A stretch of 64,000 nucleotides of DNA from positions 608 through 64,607 of the forward strand of contig CAXMSA010000002.1 in the NCBI GenBank assembly GCA_964195605.1, written 5' to 3'. Below, one piece after another: positions 37,555 to 48,195 of the stretch. Below the pieces are notes generated by a model, which worked only from the letters and a program-made list of their open reading frames with translations, was not told the origin of the DNA and did not search any database. Position 1 is the first letter of the stretch. Every line of letters begins with the position of its first letter. Made by a program: the position numbers and the translations under genes. The stretch is from an uncultured Amylibacter sp. Its GTDB lineage: Bacteria > Pseudomonadota > Alphaproteobacteria > Rhodobacterales > Rhodobacteraceae.

Positions 37555-38187
37555 ATGGTAGATTCGCGAAAAAGTTTTAAACGGGAAAGCTCTGACCAAC
37601 GTCAGGATGACCTGATTGAAGCCACGCTGTCGCTGATCGCGTCAGGCGGGCCTGAAGTTGCGACCGTGCGTAATATAGCACTTGAGGCGGGCGTAACACC
37701 GGGGCTGATAAGGCATTATTTTTCGACCAAAGAAGATTTGATCGGGGCGGCTTATGAGCGGCATATGACAACGATGCGCTACGCCGCATATTCGCCGCTT
37801 GAACAAGAGCTGCCCGGTGCGGTGGCACGTCTTGCAGCCCTTGTTAAAGCTTCTGTTTTACCACCTGTTGTCGATCCGCGTTCGCTAGCTTTATGGGCTG
37901 GTTTTATCCAGTCAGTTCAACGGGATGACGCAATGAAGGTGATCCACGAAAGAACCTATCGCCAGTTTAGGGATCAACTGCAGGAACTTATTAGGGACGC
38001 GTTTCTTGAGCTGGGACAGCCCAAAACTAAAACGGATTTGCGTAAGCTTGCGATTGCCTGCAACGCGGTTATGGACGGGTTGTGGTTAGAAGGCAGTGCG
38101 CTGCCAGATACGTTTCAAGCGGGCGAGTTGCCTGCGATTGGCTTGGCATCTGTGGGTGCAATTCTTGGCCTGAAACTGGAGGAATAA
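37555..38187 (+). CDS. TetR family regulator (BetI-like C-terminal domain)
   Basis: LIEATL..ATVRNIA.EAGVTPGLIRHYF..KEDL; A.MDGLWLE. Confidence 0.92.
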   Translation: MVDSRKSFKRESSDQRQDDLIEATLSLIASGGPEVATVRNIALEAGVTPGLIRHYFSTKEDLIGAAYERHMTTMRYAAYSPLEQELPGAVARLAALVKASVLPPVVDPRSLALWAGFIQSVQRDDAMKVIHERTYRQFRDQLQELIRDAFLELGQPKTKTDLRKLAIACNAVMDGLWLEGSALPDTFQAGELPAIGLASVGAILGLKLEE

Positions 38188-38189
38188 TA

Positions 38190-39383
38190 ATGCGATTTGC
38201 AAACATTACCGAACGGCTTGCCGGTTTGGGCAGTGAGAAATGGGCTGTGCATCTACATGCGTTAAAATTGCAGGCAGAGGGGCGTGATATTATCAAAATG
38301 ACCATTGGCGAACCCGATACCCCGCCGCCTGCCGCGTTGATAAAAACAGCGGTTGAAGCGATGCAAAATGGGCGCACACGCTATTCAAACGGGCGCGGTG
38401 AGCAGGGGCTTCTAGAGGCCCTTTCTAAACGCTATACGCAAAGCAGCGGGCGGGCGATTGCGCCTGACCAGTTCATCTGTCTACCCGGCACGCAATCGGC
38501 ACTTTATGTGGCGATGCAGGGCATCGCGCAAACGGGCGATGAGGTACTGGTTGGCGACCCCATGTATGCCACTTACGAAGGGGTGATTGCGGCGAGTGGT
38601 GCAACGTTGGTGCCGGTACCGATTAGGGCTGAAAACGGGTTTCGTTTGGCGGCGGCGGATATTGCGGCGCGTATAACCCCCAAGAGCCGTGTGATTTTGT
38701 TGAACAGTCCGCATAACCCGTCAGGCGCGATCTTGACGGCGGATGATATTGCGAAAATTGGTGCGTTGGCGATAAAACATGATCTGTGGATTGTAGCGGA
38801 TGAGGTCTATGAAGAGCTGGTGTTTGATGCCGCCACATTCGTGTCACCCTTGGCTTTTGCAGAACTGGCAGAGCGGGTGATTGTGGTCTCGTCAATTTCA
38901 AAATCCCATGCGTCACCGGGGTTTCGCAGTGGCTGGTGTATTGGGTCTTCTGACTTCATCAAACACCTGCTTTGTGTGGCTGAAACCATGCTGTTCGGCA
39001 ACCAGCCGTTTATCGCAGATATGACAGCGGAAGCGGTTTCAGAACCTTCCGAGGTGGCAGTAGGGATGAGGCGCAGGTTTGCCCGCCGTGCGGAGCTGGT
39101 GTTTGAGGCGTTGGACGGGGTTGCCGGGCTGCGTGTCAGCCGACCAGAAGCTGGAATGTTTGCACTGATAGATGTGTCGGCTTTGGGTATGGATAGCAAT
39201 GAATACGCGCTGGATCTGTTGCAAAATGCTGGTGTTGCGGTGATGCCGGGGACATCTTTTGGCGATTGCATTAAGGGCTGGGTGCGTATTGCGCTGACAG
39301 TTGATAACGAGACCACTTTGCGGGCCTGTGAACGGATTGCAGGTCACGCTAACGCTTTGATTAAATTAAAGGAAGCATCATGA
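38190..39383 (+). CDS. Class I/II PLP aminotransferase, AruH (arginine:pyruvate transaminase)-like
   Basis: MRFANITERLAG, TIGEPD, NSPHNPSG, DEVYE, SISKSHA..G.RSGW. Start ATG 38190 behind a GGAGG RBS. Confidence 0.85.
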   Translation: MRFANITERLAGLGSEKWAVHLHALKLQAEGRDIIKMTIGEPDTPPPAALIKTAVEAMQNGRTRYSNGRGEQGLLEALSKRYTQSSGRAIAPDQFICLPGTQSALYVAMQGIAQTGDEVLVGDPMYATYEGVIAASGATLVPVPIRAENGFRLAAADIAARITPKSRVILLNSPHNPSGAILTADDIAKIGALAIKHDLWIVADEVYEELVFDAATFVSPLAFAELAERVIVVSSISKSHASPGFRSGWCIGSSDFIKHLLCVAETMLFGNQPFIADMTAEAVSEPSEVAVGMRRRFARRAELVFEALDGVAGLRVSRPEAGMFALIDVSALGMDSNEYALDLLQNAGVAVMPGTSFGDCIKGWVRIALTVDNETTLRACERIAGHANALIKLKEAS

Positions 39384-40951
39384 AAACCATTGGGGAAGCG
39401 CTTGTAGCACAGTTAGAACAACGCGGCGTAGAAATTGTGTTTGGCATTCCGGGGGTACACACGGTCGAATTGTATCGCGGGCTGGCAAGTTCGGGTATTC
39501 GACATGTCACATCACGCCATGAACAAGGCGTGGGCTTTATGGCAGACGGTTATGCGCGGGTGTCGGGCAAGCCGGGGGTGGCTTTTGTGATCACTGGGCC
39601 GGGTTTGGCTAACACGTTGACACCGATGGGGCAGGCGCGTGCTGACAGTAGTTCTATGTTGGTGGTCTCTGGGGTCAACGCGACCACGACTTTGGGGCGC
39701 GGTTTGGGCTGTTTGCACGAATTGCCGGAACAACAGAAGATGACCGCAACAGTGGCTTTAGTCTCAACCCAACTGACGGCAGACAGTGATCTGACGCCTG
39801 CACTGGATCGCGCGTATGATCTGTTTGCGAATGCGCGCGGTGGTCCTGTGCATATCGAGGTGCCTACAGATGTGATGAAGCTGGCTTATACGGCTACGGA
39901 TGAGGTGCCTATTGCAAGCACGCTCAAAGACAAGCTGGATATAACAAAAGTAGCTGCGGTTTTAAGTGCCGCAAAATCGCCTGTGATTATAGCAGGTGGC
40001 GGCGCACGCCGGGCAGAAAGTGATCTGTTTGCGCTCGCGGTTCGGTTGGATGCGCCTGTGGTGGAAACCGTGAATGGGCGCGGACTATTGCATGGGGATG
40101 CATTATGTGTACCTGCCAGCCCCAGCCTGAAATCGGTTAATGCCTTGATTGAGGGCGCAGATGTAGTTCTGGCTTTGGGCACCGAGTTCGGACCGACGGA
40201 TTACGGCATGTGTGGCACGCTATGCCCACCCAAGATTGCCAAGCTGATCCGTGTGGATATTTGCACCGAACAACTGGCACGCCACCCTGTGGACCATGGC
40301 ATATGCGGGCGGGTGGAAGATGTTTTGCCTGATCTGCTTGTGGCCTTGGGTGATGGTGCTGCGCAACATAATGGCGCAAGCCGTGCAGATGCGGTCAGAC
40401 GTGCGGCATGGGATGAGGTTGGGGAAGATTACCGGCTGCAAATTGGCCTGCTTGAGACCATTCAAGCGGCGATGCCAAACGCGATACTGATCGGGGACAG
40501 CACCCAAGTGACCTATGCGGGCAACCTTTATTATGACCACGACCGTGCGGGCGGCTGGTTTAATGCAGCCACGGGTTTTGGCGCACTGGGCTTTTCCATT
40601 CCGGCCTGTATCGGGGCGGCTTTGGCTGATCCAACGGCACAGGTGGTGTGTTTGGTCGGCGACGGCGGCGCGCAGTTTTCAATGCCTGAGATTATGGTGG
40701 CGGTGGATGAAAAGCTACCCATTCTGTTCATTGTTTGGAACAATGAGGGTTATCAGGAAATTGAAACCTCTATGGCGCGTGCGGGGGTGGCTGTTGTTGG
40801 CTGTGATCCGACACCACCCAAGTTTGAATATATTGCCAAGGCTTGCGGCATACCGTTTCAAAGCTGTGAAATGACAAAAGAGGGTTTGGCCGAAGCGTTA
40901 CGGGGTGAACGGCCATTAAGTGGCCCTGCGATGATCGAAATTAAAGCTTAG
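39380..40951 (+). CDS. ThDP-dependent decarboxylase, AruI (5-guanidino-2-oxopentanoate decarboxylase)-like
   Basis: FGIPGVHTVELY, RHEQGVGFMADGYAR, GDGG-X-NN ThDP motif; translationally coupled to the AruH-like gene. Confidence 0.82.
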   Translation: MKTIGEALVAQLEQRGVEIVFGIPGVHTVELYRGLASSGIRHVTSRHEQGVGFMADGYARVSGKPGVAFVITGPGLANTLTPMGQARADSSSMLVVSGVNATTTLGRGLGCLHELPEQQKMTATVALVSTQLTADSDLTPALDRAYDLFANARGGPVHIEVPTDVMKLAYTATDEVPIASTLKDKLDITKVAAVLSAAKSPVIIAGGGARRAESDLFALAVRLDAPVVETVNGRGLLHGDALCVPASPSLKSVNALIEGADVVLALGTEFGPTDYGMCGTLCPPKIAKLIRVDICTEQLARHPVDHGICGRVEDVLPDLLVALGDGAAQHNGASRADAVRRAAWDEVGEDYRLQIGLLETIQAAMPNAILIGDSTQVTYAGNLYYDHDRAGGWFNAATGFGALGFSIPACIGAALADPTAQVVCLVGDGGAQFSMPEIMVAVDEKLPILFIVWNNEGYQEIETSMARAGVAVVGCDPTPPKFEYIAKACGIPFQSCEMTKEGLAEALRGERPLSGPAMIEIKA

Positions 40952-40959
40952 AGGATAGT

Positions 40960-41742
40960 ATGACTGAACCTACATTTGAATTTACCCGCGCCGTCACCCG
41001 TAAGCCCAGTGCCAGTATTGTAGATGGGTTGCGTGCATTTGATATTGGTACGCCTGATCACGCGCAGATGCTTGATGATCATGCGCATTATGTGAAGACC
41101 TTGCGTGAAACTGGTGCTGACGTGGTGGAATTGCCAGCTTTAGGGGCCTACCCCGATGCGGTGTTTGTTGAAGACACAGCACTTTGCCTGCCCCAAGGGG
41201 CGATCATGATGCGCCCTGGTGCGCCAAGCCGTGCGGGTGAAGTGGATGGCATGGCCCCGGTTTTGCGCGAGTTTTACGATGTGGTTCTGGATATTAACGG
41301 CCCCGGATTTATTGAAGGTGGGGATATTCTGGTCACGTCCATGGAAATACTGGTGGGGCGGTCAGACCGCACCGATGCAGCAGGGGTGGCAGAATTGCAA
41401 AGCCTTGTAGCACCTTGGGGTTACATTGTGCGTGAGGTGTTTACGCCCGAAGGTGTGCTACATTTCAAAACCGATTGTTCGCTGTTGGATGGGGAAACCA
41501 TTTTGGCAACAAAACGGCTGGAAGCTTCGGGATGTTTTGAAGGCTACCGGGTTATTCATACTGCTGAAGGTGAAGAGGCGGCAGCGAATGCGATCCGGTT
41601 CAATCAATTTGTGCTGATGGCGGCAGGCTTTCCAAAGACCGCAAAGCGATTACGCGATGCGGGTTTTGAGGTGCGCGAGATCAACAACACGGAATGTGCC
41701 AAGTTGGACGGCGGCATGTCGTGCCTTTCGTTGCGATTTTAA
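40960..41742 (+). CDS. Dimethylarginine dimethylaminohydrolase (DDAH)/amidinotransferase family protein
   Basis: PDAVFVED, IEGGD, LHFKT, DGGMSCLS (catalytic Asp/Glu, His, Cys). Confidence 0.88.
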   Translation: MTEPTFEFTRAVTRKPSASIVDGLRAFDIGTPDHAQMLDDHAHYVKTLRETGADVVELPALGAYPDAVFVEDTALCLPQGAIMMRPGAPSRAGEVDGMAPVLREFYDVVLDINGPGFIEGGDILVTSMEILVGRSDRTDAAGVAELQSLVAPWGYIVREVFTPEGVLHFKTDCSLLDGETILATKRLEASGCFEGYRVIHTAEGEEAAANAIRFNQFVLMAAGFPKTAKRLRDAGFEVREINNTECAKLDGGMSCLSLRF

Positions 41743-41757
41743 GTAAATCGACACAGA

Positions 41758-41771
41758 TTGATTTAAATCAA
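41758..41771. promoter_or_regulatory. FNR/FnrL-family box
   Basis: Perfect TTGAT-TTAA-ATCAA, 89 bp upstream of the cupredoxin ATG. Confidence 0.75.
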
Positions 41772-41859
41772 AGCATAAACTTCTGAAAAGCGTACAGATA
41801 AGGTGCATCGCAAAAGGCGGTGCCAATTTCAAAGAAATATATACCAGAAGGAGAATATC

Positions 41860-42312
41860 ATGAAAATGGCCCTATCCGCTATGTGCATTCTTACACTCTT
41901 TGCCACTGGCCCCACCTTTGCAGGGGGTGATCTGAGCCGCGCCAATGTGATTGACGTTGTGATCGAAATGGGAAGCAATGATGACGGGATGTACCTGAAG
42001 CCAGACAATTACGTGTTTGAGACGGGGCAGGCGTATAAACTGATCCTGAAAAATGTTGATGAGATCAAGCATGAGCTGGCACTTAACGAAATGGGCGAAA
42101 GAATTTTCACCCGTAAGGTCGAAGCATCTGATGCGGACGGTAATCTGATTACCGAAGTGAAAGGCGCAATCAATGAGGTGGAAGTCGGGGCGGGGCAAAC
42201 CGTTGAATGGTTCATCGTTCCCGTGCAGACAACAAAATCACCAGTTGAGATTACCTGCGAAATTCCCGGTCATCTGGAAGCTGGGATGCGTGCGAGTGTT
42301 GAGATCAATTAA
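41860..42312 (+). CDS. Periplasmic cupredoxin (type-1 copper, CopI/plastocyanin-like)
   Basis: Signal peptide, KHEL, CEIPGHLEAGM (His/Cys/His/Met ligands). Start ATG 41860. Confidence 0.85.
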   Translation: MKMALSAMCILTLFATGPTFAGGDLSRANVIDVVIEMGSNDDGMYLKPDNYVFETGQAYKLILKNVDEIKHELALNEMGERIFTRKVEASDADGNLITEVKGAINEVEVGAGQTVEWFIVPVQTTKSPVEITCEIPGHLEAGMRASVEIN

Positions 42313-42321
42313 AACGAAGTT

Positions 42322-42350
42322 ACCACTGCCAAAATGTAATTGGCAGTGGT
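42322..42350. terminator. Bidirectional terminator
   Basis: ACCACTGCCAA-7 nt-TTGGCAGTGGT between convergent genes. Confidence 0.75.
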
Positions 42351-42363
42351 TGTTTTCTGAAAC

Positions 42364-42966
42364 CTAATTGGCCGCAAGTTGTGTTTCCAGTTCAGTAATG
42401 CGTTGCTGTAACACCGAAACCGATTTTTCAATGTCGGATACCGTATAGCGTTCGGTGATATGTTGCGGACAATTCCAGTCAAAAGCCTCTACTTTGATGA
42501 CATACCCACGTTCTATATGGCCGCGATAATCCGGCATTTGCAGTTTTTCGATAATCTTGGGCTGATCCAACCCGACCAATTCCACCCGCCCCAGAAGCTT
42601 TAGGCGGGTTTTGTTGGGGTAATCCATGAAAAACAGGGAAACGCGGTTATCTTTGGTCAGATTTCCGACGCTGACATATTGGCGATTGCCACGAAAATCA
42701 GGCATTGCAATGGTTTTCTGATCCAGTATTTTAACAAAGCCCAAAGGCCCGCCGCGATGCTGCACATAGGGCCAACCCGTTTCACTAACGCTGGCCATAT
42801 AAAGGCTGTCGCGGGCGGAAATAAACGTCGCCTCATTTGGGCCGATCAGATTATTGTAATCTTCGGTGCCTTCTTCCATACGGGTGTACATTTTACGACT
42901 GCCAAAGTCACTTTGGATGGATTTGACCGTCTCGGTAAACATGATATCTGCGAATTTATGGGGCAT
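42364..42966 (-). CDS. Pyridoxamine 5'-phosphate oxidase-like FMN-binding protein
   Basis: YMASVSETGWPYVQHRGG..DFRGNRQY...DWNCPQHIT. Confidence 0.85.
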   Translation of the reverse strand: MPHKFADIMFTETVKSIQSDFGSRKMYTRMEEGTEDYNNLIGPNEATFISARDSLYMASVSETGWPYVQHRGGPLGFVKILDQKTIAMPDFRGNRQYVSVGNLTKDNRVSLFFMDYPNKTRLKLLGRVELVGLDQPKIIEKLQMPDYRGHIERGYVIKVEAFDWNCPQHITERYTVSDIEKSVSVLQQRITELETQLAAN

Positions 42967-42975
42967 GGTGATCTC

Positions 42976-43443
42976 CTATAACCCTAGGTCGCTTAAGCTA
43001 GGGTGGTCAGCGGGGCGTGGGCCTGTTGGCCATTTGAATTTGCGTTCGGCATTTGTTATCGCAAGGTCGTTGATGCTGGCAAAACGGAATTTCATCAGAC
43101 CATCTTCATCAAATTCCCAGTTTTCATTGCCGTAAGAGCGGAACCATTCGCCTGCTTGATTGTGCCACTCATAGGCAAAACGCACGGCGATACGATTGCC
43201 TGAATAGGCCCAAAGCTCTTTGATCAGGCGGTAATCATGTTCGCGTTGCCATTTTTGGGTCAGAAAATCAATAATTTCGGCGCGACCTTTGGGAAAATCG
43301 GCGCGGTTGCGCCAGATACTGTCGGGCGTGTAAGCCAATGCGATTTTTTCGGGGTTCTGGCCGTTCCAGCCATCTTCGGCAGCACGGACTTTTTGGATTG
43401 CAGTTTCTTTTGTAAAGGGCGGAAGTGGGGGGCGTTGTGACAT
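42976..43443 (-). CDS. DUF1348 / SnoaL-like (NTF2-fold) protein
   Basis: [44 protein letters not shown]. Confidence 0.88.
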   Translation of the reverse strand: MSQRPPLPPFTKETAIQKVRAAEDGWNGQNPEKIALAYTPDSIWRNRADFPKGRAEIIDFLTQKWQREHDYRLIKELWAYSGNRIAVRFAYEWHNQAGEWFRSYGNENWEFDEDGLMKFRFASINDLAITNAERKFKWPTGPRPADHPSLSDLGL

Positions 43444-43464
43444 GGATTTATCCTTTGGTTAAGG

Positions 43465-43491
43465 AGGGCGCAACAGGGGGTGTTGCGCCCT
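43465..43491. terminator. Intra-operon hairpin
   Basis: AGGGCGCAACA-GGGGG-TGTTGCGCCCT, just upstream of the DUF1348 RBS on the minus strand. Confidence 0.55.
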
Positions 43492-43500
43492 AGGGGCAGG

Positions 43501-44484
43501 TTAATTGCTTAAAGAACGGCCCAGAAATCTGTGGATTTTATCGGCAATTTCAGGTCCGTTTGTTTCCAGTGCGAAGTGGCCCGCATCTAACATATGAAGC
43601 TCTGCTTTTGGTAGGTCGCGCAGATAAGGTGGTGCCCCTGCGCCTGGAAAAATAACGTCATTCTCACCCCAGACGATTAAGGTTGGTGGCTGGTATGTAC
43701 GGAAGTATTCCTGAAAATCGGGGTACAGGTCAACATTGGTGCGGTAATCATAAAACAGGTCAAGCTGGATTTCCTGATTGCCAGTGCGATCAAGATAGGC
43801 CTGATCCAACATCCATGCGTCCGGGCTGACCAGCTCTGCATTTTTTGCTGGTATTCCGTGGGTGTATTGCCATTCAGTTGCACCTATTTTTAGAAATCCG
43901 CGCAGCTTTTCACGATTTTCTGGTGTGTTATCAGACCAGTAGGTTTTAAATACATCCCAGAACTCTAGCAGACCTTCGTCATATGCATTGCCGTTTTGGA
44001 TGATCAGCGCATTGATTTTTTCAGGGGCTTTCAGGGCCAGACGGTAACCAACGGGCGCGCCATAATCCATCACATATAGTGAATAACTGTCCAGTTTCAG
44101 GTCTTGGGTGAAGCTTTCAATCAGGTTTGCATATGAGGCGAATGAATAATCGAAATCTGCACGAGATGGCATCGCACTGCGGCCAAATCCGGGGTAATCA
44201 GGGGCGATGACGTGGTATTTATCGGCCAGTGCGGGGATCAGATTGCGGTATTGTTGCGATGATGTCGGAAAACCGTGCAACAGCAACAAGGTGGGTGCGT
44301 CTTTGGCGCCGGCTTCACGGTAGAAAATTTCCAGACCGTCAACTTCAGCGGTTTTATAATGCACGGCTGTTTCTGTTTGAATAGATGCGGCCTGTGCTTG
44401 TGTTGATGTAAGGATGGGGGCGGTGATTAAACCAAAGGCCAGCAAGGCGGCCCCGTAAGTTTTTTTGAATGAGAATTTAGACAT
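43501..44484 (-). CDS. Exported alpha/beta hydrolase (epoxide hydrolase/dehalogenase-like, Asp nucleophile)
   Basis: Signal peptide ending AQA, LLHGFP, MDYGAP, DAGHF. Confidence 0.85.
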   Translation of the reverse strand: MSKFSFKKTYGAALLAFGLITAPILTSTQAQAASIQTETAVHYKTAEVDGLEIFYREAGAKDAPTLLLLHGFPTSSQQYRNLIPALADKYHVIAPDYPGFGRSAMPSRADFDYSFASYANLIESFTQDLKLDSYSLYVMDYGAPVGYRLALKAPEKINALIIQNGNAYDEGLLEFWDVFKTYWSDNTPENREKLRGFLKIGATEWQYTHGIPAKNAELVSPDAWMLDQAYLDRTGNQEIQLDLFYDYRTNVDLYPDFQEYFRTYQPPTLIVWGENDVIFPGAGAPPYLRDLPKAELHMLDAGHFALETNGPEIADKIHRFLGRSLSN

Positions 44485-44582
44485 TGCGATTTCTTTCTGG
44501 TTTAGGTTCGTCAGGCGTGGCCTGTTGTTGGGACCTGTATAGAGAATTTTAATTGTTTGAATAATACGCTTAATTGTGAATA

Positions 44583-44607
44583 TACTATTCCAAAAATAGG
44601 AATAGTA
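44583..44607. promoter_or_regulatory. LysR operator
   Basis: Perfect TACTATTCC-N7-GGAATAGTA directly abutting the LysR ATG. Confidence 0.65.
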
Positions 44608-45513
44608 ATGGATCGCTTGTTGGAAATGGAAGTTTTTGCGGCTGTCAATGAGATGGGCAGTTTCAGCAAAGCGGCTGAACGGATGCGCATGTCGCCACCT
44701 GCTGTGACCCGTGCGGTGGCGTCATTGGAAGAACGACTTGGGGCAACGCTGTTGACGCGCACCACAAGGCGCTTGCATTTGACCGATGCGGGCGCGCGGT
44801 TTCTGGAAAGCGCGCAAAGGTTATTGTCTGAGATTGAGAGTGCGGAAAAGAATGCAAGTGGTGAGACAGGGGTGCCACAGGGGCATTTGACGATTTCGGC
44901 CTCGGTAACGTTTGGGCGATTTGTGATCGCCCCCATGGTGCGCCGTTTTTTGCAAACGCAGCCCAAGATTACAGCGACTGTTTTAAGTTTGGACCGCGTG
45001 GTTAATCTGGTTGATGAAGGTATTGATGTGGCCGTGCGGATAGGTGAACTGGCCCCTTCCAGCCTGATTGGGCGTCGCGTGGGGGCGGTGCGGCGTATCT
45101 TTGTTGCCAGCCCAGATTACCTGACACGGCGCGGCTGCCCAGAGCATCCACAGGAATTGAAATTGCATGCGATGATCGGGTTTACCAACATTCAAGCCAG
45201 CCAAGAATGGCATTATAAAACCAAGGCCGGCAAGGGGCATGTGACGCTTACACCGCGTTTAATGGTTAACGATGCCATGGCCGCGGTTGAGGCGGCGGTG
45301 GCAGGCGAGGGTATAACGATGATGATGTCTTATGTGGTTGTGGATTTGATTAAATCAAACAAACTGGTGCCGATATTGATGGATTTTGTACCGCAAGAGA
45401 TACCAGTTCATCTGGTGTTTCCGCAAAGCCAGCTGGTTGCACCGAAACTGCGGGCTTTTCTGGATTTCTCAGCTGCACGTTTGAAGGTGGAATTGGCGCG
45501 GCTGGCCTTGTAA
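44608..45513 (+). CDS. LysR family regulator (CrgA-like)
   Basis: [49 protein letters not shown]. Confidence 0.93.
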   Translation: MDRLLEMEVFAAVNEMGSFSKAAERMRMSPPAVTRAVASLEERLGATLLTRTTRRLHLTDAGARFLESAQRLLSEIESAEKNASGETGVPQGHLTISASVTFGRFVIAPMVRRFLQTQPKITATVLSLDRVVNLVDEGIDVAVRIGELAPSSLIGRRVGAVRRIFVASPDYLTRRGCPEHPQELKLHAMIGFTNIQASQEWHYKTKAGKGHVTLTPRLMVNDAMAAVEAAVAGEGITMMMSYVVVDLIKSNKLVPILMDFVPQEIPVHLVFPQSQLVAPKLRAFLDFSAARLKVELARLAL

Positions 45514-45520
45514 CAGTGGA

Positions 45521-46651
45521 TTAGCGGTCGCTGGTATTTCGGTCTTCCAAACGTTCAAGATTTACGACGGTTGACAACATCAAACGATCTTGGCTCCAGT
45601 CGGTTGGGGCTTGGATGGTCAATGATGCCAAGATAACCAGTGTCATTGCAGGCAGTAAAATACAGGCAAAGGTTTTCTTTGAAATTTCTGTGGTGGCAGG
45701 TTCTGCCATCGCGATGATACGTTGTTTCAAGGCGGTTGCAGCATTAAGACCAAACGGGGTGTTGTCGACCTGCACGAAAGGCACAGAAGGCAGTGCGATA
45801 GAGTATTTATCTTGTTTGCGGATGCTGTTCTGGCAAACCTGTAACAGGCATTCGCAATAAGCTTTTGCATCGAATTTACTGTCGGAAATAAGCTGTTGGT
45901 CACAGGCCAGTTCGCGCAGATGCTGGACTTGGCGTTTCCACAAATAAAACACCGGGTTCCAGAAAAACAGCGGGTGCAAGGCTTCCAGAATATAGGCCCA
46001 TTCAACGTCTTTCTGGCGCATATGCTGGAATTCGTGGGCTAACGCCATTTTTAGGTCATTGCTTTTTGTCAGCATACCTGAGGGAATGACAACATAACGG
46101 TTTTTCAAGCCGCGGGTTGAAAACGGGATGAAGGTTTTATCACTTAAAAGGATCTTCAGATTGCCGAATTGGCGCCATTGATAGCTGTTGCGTAATATTG
46201 TGCGTAATTTAAATATGCTGAAAAGTGAGCGGCTTAAGATGCCGATAAAGCCTATGGCAAAGAGGCCCGCAATGAAAATATAGCTAGGGCTTTTCAGGTT
46301 CAGAATTTCTTGGGTAATGGTGCTGCGCATGCCCAAGATGCGTTCAAATTCAACGGCTTTCATTTCGATACTGCCGTTTAGGTACTGGGCCACAGCAAAG
46401 TCGGAAACCCGCATTGAGAAATCGGCTGCAAGAAGGCCCGCACTTGTAAGCACATTGACGGCAAGGGTGGCAATCGGGCTAAGGATAATGGCAATAAATA
46501 TGCCGTTTAGCAGGCGCAGTTGCAGGATGTACGGAAGGTGAATTTTAAGCTTTTTTATAGTGTAGCGTGCCAAAACCCATAGGGCAAAGGCAAAGATCAG
46601 CATGATGTTTGCGTTGATGTAAGCGTTCAGGGCAGCATCAGTCAGTATCAT
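45521..46651 (-). CDS. M56 family (BlaR1-like) membrane metallopeptidase
   Basis: AHEFQH zinc motif, FFWNP..RELACD; ends shortly after the last TM helix. Confidence 0.85.
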   Translation of the reverse strand: MILTDAALNAYINANIMLIFAFALWVLARYTIKKLKIHLPYILQLRLLNGIFIAIILSPIATLAVNVLTSAGLLAADFSMRVSDFAVAQYLNGSIEMKAVEFERILGMRSTITQEILNLKSPSYIFIAGLFAIGFIGILSRSLFSIFKLRTILRNSYQWRQFGNLKILLSDKTFIPFSTRGLKNRYVVIPSGMLTKSNDLKMALAHEFQHMRQKDVEWAYILEALHPLFFWNPVFYLWKRQVQHLRELACDQQLISDSKFDAKAYCECLLQVCQNSIRKQDKYSIALPSVPFVQVDNTPFGLNAATALKQRIIAMAEPATTEISKKTFACILLPAMTLVILASLTIQAPTDWSQDRLMLSTVVNLERLEDRNTSDR

Positions 46652-47033
46652 TTTTCAACCTCTTATCTAGCAGAGCTCGAATTTCCTCTAGGGCTTCTTC
46701 GGACATGCCCGCGTCATCCACAAGGCGGGCCACCAGTGATACCGGTGTGTCGTCAAACAGCTTTTCAGACAGGTTCTTAAGTGACCTTGACTGATAGATA
46801 TTTTTTTCAATAGCGGGCTTATAGATAAACTTCTTGCCCTCTTTTATACTTGCCACAAAATTCTTCTGCTCCAAAATACGCAGGATTGTGGCAGCGGAAG
46901 TGTAGGCAAGATTGCGACCTTCGGCCAGATTGGCCAGAACATCGCGCACGGTCCCTTGACCGAGTTTCCATAGGTGAGACATGAACTCCAGTTCAACTTC
47001 TGTCAGCAGTTCATTTTTCTTTTTTTGTCTCAT
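46638..47033 (-). CDS. BlaI/MecI/CopY family repressor
   Basis: LTEVELEFM..LW..GTVRDV..LAYTSAATILRILEQK. Likely start ATG 47033. Confidence 0.92.
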   Translation of the reverse strand: MRQKKKNELLTEVELEFMSHLWKLGQGTVRDVLANLAEGRNLAYTSAATILRILEQKNFVASIKEGKKFIYKPAIEKNIYQSRSLKNLSEKLFDDTPVSLVARLVDDAGMSEEALEEIRALLDKRLKNDTD

Positions 47034-47109
47034 AGGTGCTTTGCCCAACATTAATTCGTACTGGGTCTATTAAATACTAAAACGGTCGTTTTTCCAACCC
47101 CGAACACAT

Positions 47110-47387
47110 CTATACTTTCCAGAAGCAAAACACACCCCATACGGCACCTATGCCAAGGGGGGCCCAAAGCGGCATTCCCATCAGGCCAAGCCAGGCAAGG
47201 AATATGTAAACAGTGCCTAATAGCGATATAAACAAGCGATCCCCGCGTGTGGTGGTCAGGCCCAGAACGCCTTTGCGTTCGGCCCCGCCGGGGTATTTAA
47301 TCTCGAGTATTGTCAGGATGCCCATGGCACTGAATATCCCGATAAAAACCAATGCGGTGGGCCACGTCCATGCCATCCAACTTAACA

Positions 47388-47388
<1 letters not shown>
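47110..47388 (-). CDS. DUF2160 small membrane protein (GlpU-like)
   Basis: WMAWTWPT..RKGVLGLTTTRGDRLFISL. Confidence 0.85.
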
Positions 47389-48185
<797 letters not shown>

Positions 48186-48195
48186 GGGGTCCGTC

